A DNA stretch of 61,192 bases from Muribaculaceae bacterium (GTDB lineage Bacteria; Bacteroidota; Bacteroidia; Bacteroidales; Muribaculaceae). Shown here one piece after another: positions 56,451-61,192 of the stretch. The stretch is taken from NCBI GenBank assembly GCA_017962765.1, contig JAGCUP010000008.1:1-61192 (forward strand), read 5' to 3'. Positions within the stretch are counted from its first letter, which is position 1, and each line of letters starts with the position of its first letter. The position numbers and the translations under genes were made by a program. The notes beneath the pieces are model-generated. The model did not search any database, was not told the DNA's origin, and saw only the letters and a list, made by a program, of their open reading frames with translations.

Positions 56451-58388
56451 TCACAGCTTATGGCTTTTAAGGGCGCGCATGGCGTTGAGGACGGCGAGGA
56501 CGGTGACGCCGACGTCGGCAAAGACGGCGAGCCATAGTGTGGCGAGGCCGAACGCAGCGAGGAGCAACACGGTGAGTTTGACGGCGATGGCGAAAACGAC
56601 GTTGGCGCGTGCGATGGACAACGTGCGCCGCGCTATCTTGATGGCGAGGGCCACTTTCGAGGGTTTGTCGTCCATGAGCACCACATCGGCGGCTTCAATG
56701 GCTGCGTCGCTGCCGAGTCCTCCCATGGCAATACCCACGTCGGCCCGCGCAAGCACCGGCGCATCGTTGATACCGTCGCCCACGAAGGCGAGCCACTTGC
56801 CGCGCTCACGTTGCGTCAGCAGTTGCTCCACACGTTGCACCTTGTCGGCGGGCAGGAGTTCAGCGTGATATTCGTCCACCCCCAGTTTGGCGGCCACGTG
56901 CGCTCCCACCTCGTCGCGGTCGCCGGTGAGCATGACGGTGTGCGCCACACCCGCTTGGCGCAGCGCGTCGATGGCCTGCGCGCTATCGTCCTTAATTCTG
57001 TCGTTGGTGACGATGTGGCCGGCATACACGCCCTCGATGGCCACATGGATGATGGTGCCGCTGTGGTGGCAGTCGCGCCACTCGGCACCTACGGCCTCCA
57101 TCAGTTTTATGTTGCCCACACTCACCCGCTTGCCGTCGATGAGGGCGCTGATGCCCTGTCCGGCGATTTCTTCCACCTCTTCGACGGCACAACCGTCGAT
57201 GGCCTCGTCGGGGAAAGCGTTGCGCAAGGCAGCTCCAATGGGGTGCGTGGTGAAATGCTCCACGTGAGCGGCGAGGTGGAGCAGTTGACGCTCGTCGCAC
57301 GTGGCGGGATGTACTGCGGTGACGTCAAATACGCCGTGTGTGAGCGTGCCCGTCTTGTCGAAAACCACGGTGCCTACCTTTGCCAGCATGTCGATATAGT
57401 TGGCACCCTTCACGAGGATGCCACGGCGCGAAGCCCCGCCAATACCAGCGAAGAAAGTGAGGGGAACACTGATGACCAATGCGCAGGGACAGGAGACCAC
57501 GAGGAACATGAGCGCACGGTAGAGCCAGGTGGCCAGCGCGCCGCCCAACAACGTGGGGATGACGACGAGCGCCACGGCAGCCAACACCACAATGGGCGTG
57601 TAGATATGTGCGAAGCGTGCGATGAACGTCTCGCTATGTGACTTGTGCTCGCCAGCGTGTTCCACGAGCTCGATTATTTTCGCCACCGTGCTCTCGCCAT
57701 AGGCAGCGGTGACACGCACCGTGACCACCCCCGACAGGTTGACACATCCCGAGACGACCTCGTCGCCTGCCGCCACATCGCGCGGTAGCGTCTCGCCGGT
57801 GATTGCCGCCGTGTTGAGCGCGGTGGCTCCCGTGAGGACGACTCCGTCGAGCGGCACCCGTTCGCCCGGGCATATTACTATGGTTTCACCCACAGCCACC
57901 TCTTCGGGAGTCACGATGAGTTCCTTCCCGTCGCGCACCACGGTGGTAGTGTCGGGCCGCAGGTTCATCAGGTGGGCGATGCTGTCGCGGCTCTTCCCTT
58001 CGGCGTATGCCTCAAATAGTTCGCCCACCGAGAAAAAGAGCATCACTGCCACCGCCTCGACAAATTCGTGCCCGGCCTCGGGCAGGAACCCTATGGCGAG
58101 GGCCCCAACCGTGGCCACCGTCATGAGGAAATGCTCGTTGAAGAAGTCGCCATGGGCGATGCCCTCGGCGGCCTCTTTGAGTGTGCCGTAACCCACGAGC
58201 AGGTAGGGTACGAGGTAAACGAGCAGCAGTTGCCAAGTGGCGAGGTGCAGAGTGTGCTCAACGAGCACGGCGCCCACCAGTAGAAGCGCAGCAACGAGGA
58301 TTAAGACCAATTGTCGCCTCGTCTCGCCTTCGTGGTGATGGTGGTGTTCGCAGCTTTCGCAGTGATGATGTTCGTGAGTGTGAGCCAT
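56451..58388 (-). CDS. Heavy-metal (Zn/Cd-type, P1B) translocating P-type ATPase
   Basis: His/Cys-rich N-terminus HTHEHHHCESCEHHHHHE, ITGE, SCPCALVIS, FDKTGTLT, HP motif, VGDGINDAP, FADVG. Confidence 0.95.
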   Translation of the reverse strand: MAHTHEHHHCESCEHHHHHEGETRRQLVLILVAALLLVGAVLVEHTLHLATWQLLLVYLVPYLLVGYGTLKEAAEGIAHGDFFNEHFLMTVATVGALAIGFLPEAGHEFVEAVAVMLFFSVGELFEAYAEGKSRDSIAHLMNLRPDTTTVVRDGKELIVTPEEVAVGETIVICPGERVPLDGVVLTGATALNTAAITGETLPRDVAAGDEVVSGCVNLSGVVTVRVTAAYGESTVAKIIELVEHAGEHKSHSETFIARFAHIYTPIVVLAAVALVVIPTLLGGALATWLYRALMFLVVSCPCALVISVPLTFFAGIGGASRRGILVKGANYIDMLAKVGTVVFDKTGTLTHGVFDVTAVHPATCDERQLLHLAAHVEHFTTHPIGAALRNAFPDEAIDGCAVEEVEEIAGQGISALIDGKRVSVGNIKLMEAVGAEWRDCHHSGTIIHVAIEGVYAGHIVTNDRIKDDSAQAIDALRQAGVAHTVMLTGDRDEVGAHVAAKLGVDEYHAELLPADKVQRVEQLLTQRERGKWLAFVGDGINDAPVLARADVGIAMGGLGSDAAIEAADVVLMDDKPSKVALAIKIARRTLSIARANVVFAIAVKLTVLLLAAFGLATLWLAVFADVGVTVLAVLNAMRALKSHKL

Positions 58389-58409
58389 AATGTTTTTGTT
58401 TTTATGGCG

Positions 58410-58459
58410 CAAAGGTAAAGGCTTTCGCTTGCAACTCGGTTGCAAAATGTTTAACTTTG
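58410..58459. promoter_or_regulatory. Divergent -7 boxes flanking the palindrome TTGCAAC-TCG-GTTGCAA
   Basis: Minus-strand TACCTTTG at 58410-58417, palindrome at 58429-58445, plus-strand TAACTTTG at 58452-58459. Confidence 0.75.
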
Positions 58460-58473
58460 CACTTTAAAACCTA

Positions 58474-58902
58474 ATGGCAATGGATACAAACGACTGCGAA
58501 ATTTTGCTCAAGGAGCACGACATCAAGCCAACAGCCAACCGCAACCTCGTGCTCAAGGCTCTTGATGAGGCGGCGCGCCCCCTGTCGATGCTGGAGCTTG
58601 AAGACGAAATTGAGACCATCGACAAGTCGGGCATTTTCCGCACCTTGAGGCTATTTGTGGACCATCACCTCGTTCATGTCATTGAGGACGGCAGCGACGC
58701 AGTGCGCTATGAGCTGTGCCATAGCAGCCACGACGAAATCGACGACGACCAACACGCACACTTTTTTTGCCAAGTGTGCCACAAGACCTATTGCCTTGGC
58801 GAAATCTCGTTACCCGAACTGGCAGTGCCGCAAGGCTTCACCGCCACCTCGGTCAACTATCTCATCAAGGGAGTGTGCCCACACTGCTCTAAGTGCGATT
58901 AG
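58474..58902 (+). CDS. Fur-family transcriptional regulator (Zur-like)
   Basis: IKPTANR, SGIFRTLRLF, HAHFFCQVC, terminal GVCPHC; divergent from the metal ATPase. Confidence 0.92.
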   Translation: MAMDTNDCEILLKEHDIKPTANRNLVLKALDEAARPLSMLELEDEIETIDKSGIFRTLRLFVDHHLVHVIEDGSDAVRYELCHSSHDEIDDDQHAHFFCQVCHKTYCLGEISLPELAVPQGFTATSVNYLIKGVCPHCSKCD

Positions 58903-58910
58903 CGAGTAAG

Positions 58911-59846
58911 TTAAATGAGGAGGCGGGCGAGGCGGGCTGAGCCGCGACGGCCGGTGGCGATGCGGCGGTAGAGCCATGGCATCGTTAGGCGTAGGCGAAG
59001 CGACGTGCCTAAGCGGGCCAGAGCCTCGGCCTTGAGGGGCGCGGCAAGTTCGGATTGTCCCTCGTGTTCGTAGGTGGCGGCAAGTGCCAACCGTCGGTAA
59101 TCGACGAGCCGCAGGTAGCGTCTCACGTCGTGGACCGGCGAGGCGGCTATATCGCGAGTGATTTTGTCGAGTGAGCGTTCCCACTGTCCGTGTCGCGCGC
59201 TGAAACTGGTGCCGGTGATGGAAGCCTCGCCGCTACTGTTCACCTCAACGAGCGGCTCTTTAATCCACGCGATGCGCGGCGACTGCAGCAACAGGCGGCA
59301 TCCCACCTCCAAGTCGTTCCACGCCGGTAAATCTTCGTCCCAGCCTCCACAACGCTCGAAAAAGTCGCGCCTCACAGCGAAGGCCTGTGTGGCCAACGAG
59401 CTGTGCAGCAGGTGCCGTGCAAGCTGGTCGCCGCCCTTGCGCAACGGGTGGGGTTCCGTGTTTCCATTGGTGTCGACGAAACGGCGACCCACAACCACGA
59501 TGTCGGGAGCGGGAGTTGCCGCGAAAGCCTTGTGGTAACGCTCGACGAGGGTGGGCGCCATGGTGTCATCGCTGTCGAAGAATAGCACGTACTCGCCACG
59601 GGCCACTTTGAAACCACGGTTGCGTGCCGCCCCGGCGCTGTGACGTTCCTCGGTGGTGACGATTATCTCAAAGTCATTGCGCTCATGCATGTGCTTGAAG
59701 GCGTGCAACACATCGAGGGAGCCGTCGGTGCTGCCGTTGTCGACGAGCACCAACTGCAACGGGCGAAGTGTCTGCGCGGCTATTGAGGCCAGAGTGCGCC
59801 CTGCTACGCCCGCCCTGTTCCACACGGGCACGATGATGGAAACCAA
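58911..59846 (-). CDS. Glycosyltransferase family 2
   Basis: VSIIVPVWN, VDNGSTD, AARNRG, FFDSDD, WNDLE; TTG start. Confidence 0.9.
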   Translation of the reverse strand: MVSIIVPVWNRAGVAGRTLASIAAQTLRPLQLVLVDNGSTDGSLDVLHAFKHMHERNDFEIIVTTEERHSAGAARNRGFKVARGEYVLFFDSDDTMAPTLVERYHKAFAATPAPDIVVVGRRFVDTNGNTEPHPLRKGGDQLARHLLHSSLATQAFAVRRDFFERCGGWDEDLPAWNDLEVGCRLLLQSPRIAWIKEPLVEVNSSGEASITGTSFSARHGQWERSLDKITRDIAASPVHDVRRYLRLVDYRRLALAATYEHEGQSELAAPLKAEALARLGTSLRLRLTMPWLYRRIATGRRGSARLARLLI

Positions 59847-59884
59847 GTTTTAAGTGTTAAGTTGGTAGCTGGATTATGCATTAA

Positions 59885-60985
59885 CTAAAGTTGACGTGCT
59901 ACCCGAGACTCGAGGTCGTCGAGGTTGTCGACGCGCTCCACGAGCTCGCCGTTGCGCCCCACGATGAACACGGTGGGCACGCCGTTCACATTGTAGTCGC
60001 GCAGCGAAACCGATGCCTCCGAATTCGGGTCGCGCACCACAATCCATGGCAAGTTGGAGGCGGCGCGCACCCAGTCGGCCTCGTTGTCGTCGAAGCAAAC
60101 CTGGAAGATTTCGAGCCCCTGGGCGCGGTGTTTAGAGTAGATGTCGTTGAGCAACTTGTTGAACATGGGCGAGAAGTCGGCTGTGAGCAGCGTGAAGTTA
60201 AGAATCACCACGTTGCCATGCGAGGCCACCTCGCGCAGCGAACGGTACTGGCCGTTCTTGTCCTGCAGATTAATGTCGAAGAGGCCCACTTCGGTCGCTG
60301 CCATTGTCACCCCCTCGTTATTGGCGCGCCTCGCCTCGCGCTGCGCCTCGATGAAGATGCGTTCGAGCAGCAGCGTGCGCGGGTCGTTGGGGAGGAACTG
60401 CTTGTAGTTGTTGGCAACGGCGCCTATCACCTTAAGGTCTTTTGGGACAGTGGGGTCAAACAGCGGCTTGTCGCCCACATACTTGGTAATCAAGTAGTAG
60501 GAGAGGATGCTCTTGAGGCTTTCCTGGTCCTTGACAATCACGTTGCGGGCAATGTCGTCCTTCCACGCCTCGTAGCCGGCGGCATCGCGCTTGCCGGTGG
60601 CAAATTCGATGGCTTCCTTGTCAATCTTGGCCATCGTCTCGGCTTGTTGCGAGCCCTCCATGGTGTAGTCGGTGCCGAAAGCCTTGAGCTTGGTGTTGAT
60701 GGTAAGGCTCTCCACGCTGTCGATGGGGAAGTAAATCACGTCCTGGCCGTGACGCAGGCGGTACACGTTGGGGAACTCGGGGGCCGCGATGGCGAACTTG
60801 AAGTCACCATTGCCGGTGGTCATAGCGGTGTCGGCCACCACCCACTGGTCGTTCATCGCATATTCCACGATGAGTTTAGTGGTGTCGGCAGCGCCCTCGA
60901 CGTTGCCTTCTACTTTAAACACATTGTTATCGCAGGCCGTGAGCGTGGCGGCAAGCACGGCCATCAAAAAGAGGTATTTTTTCAT
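59885..60985 (-). CDS. DUF4369 + thioredoxin-like (AhpC/TSA/TlpA) lipoprotein lacking CxxC
   Basis: Lipobox LTAC; VEGNVEGA..GDFKF N-terminal domain; thioredoxin fold GLEIFQVCFD, LPWIVVRD, YNVNGVPTVFIV. Alternative start at 60991. Confidence 0.85.
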   Translation of the reverse strand: MKKYLFLMAVLAATLTACDNNVFKVEGNVEGAADTTKLIVEYAMNDQWVVADTAMTTGNGDFKFAIAAPEFPNVYRLRHGQDVIYFPIDSVESLTINTKLKAFGTDYTMEGSQQAETMAKIDKEAIEFATGKRDAAGYEAWKDDIARNVIVKDQESLKSILSYYLITKYVGDKPLFDPTVPKDLKVIGAVANNYKQFLPNDPRTLLLERIFIEAQREARRANNEGVTMAATEVGLFDINLQDKNGQYRSLREVASHGNVVILNFTLLTADFSPMFNKLLNDIYSKHRAQGLEIFQVCFDDNEADWVRAASNLPWIVVRDPNSEASVSLRDYNVNGVPTVFIVGRNGELVERVDNLDDLESRVARQL

Positions 60986-61012
60986 TTTCATTGTCTTGGT
61001 AAGGGGGGAAAC

Positions 61013-61192
61013 TTACTCGCTTTGGAACTTGAGGGAGTTGCGCTCGGCGCTCTCCAGGCGCTTGTTGCGCCAGCAGCTGCGGCACATGGCGATGTAGCGG
61101 TCGTCGCCGCCTATCTCCACCTGGTTGCCGTCGGTGACGATGTTGCCATGGCCGTCGATGCGCGCGTTAATGCTCGTCTTGCGCCCGCACGC
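61013..61192 (-). CDS. tdk: Thymidine kinase (3' end; runs off window end)
   Basis: Manual translation ACGRKTSINARIDGHGNIVTDGNQVEIGGDDRYIAMCRSCW...* matches the lasso/Zn motifs of type II thymidine kinases. Confidence 0.9.
   Translation of the reverse strand, partial: ACGRKTSINARIDGHGNIVTDGNQVEIGGDDRYIAMCRSCWRNKRLESAERNSLKFQSE

Overview
A 61 kb chromosomal window from a Bacteroidales bacterium, probably a gut/rumen Muribaculaceae-like lineage. This is inferred from TAnnTTTG -7 promoter boxes, gldE, tamL, DUF4270, a SusD homologue and short T9SS-type C-termini. Core genes: sufB (partial), sufS, lgt, cvpA, argS, metG, rsmE, tdk (partial), tRNA-Thr(CGT), a threonine aldolase and a nucleoside MFS permease. 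Accessory content: a compact wza-wzc-wzy-wzx-GT2-GT2-GT4 polysaccharide locus carrying a duplication scar, a Fur-family/P1B-ATPase metal module, an ECF sigma cassette and three stand-alone P-loop ATPases, each with unusual upstream DNA. The most striking signal is four unrelated exported proteins that all carry the same dockerin-like double repeat (GDVNxDGxVxGxDVTALYNxLL). One is a SusD-SusE/F fusion in which the dockerin sits where the lipid anchor normally is. Another combines LRRs, the dockerin, a cohesin-like domain and a T9SS-type tail. Together they suggest a cohesin/dockerin surface-assembly or piggy-back export system. Intergenic regions also hold many 7-bp-period arrays, often paired with REP-like hairpins. 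No CRISPR, integrase or transposase was seen. All family calls are from motif recognition, not database searches.
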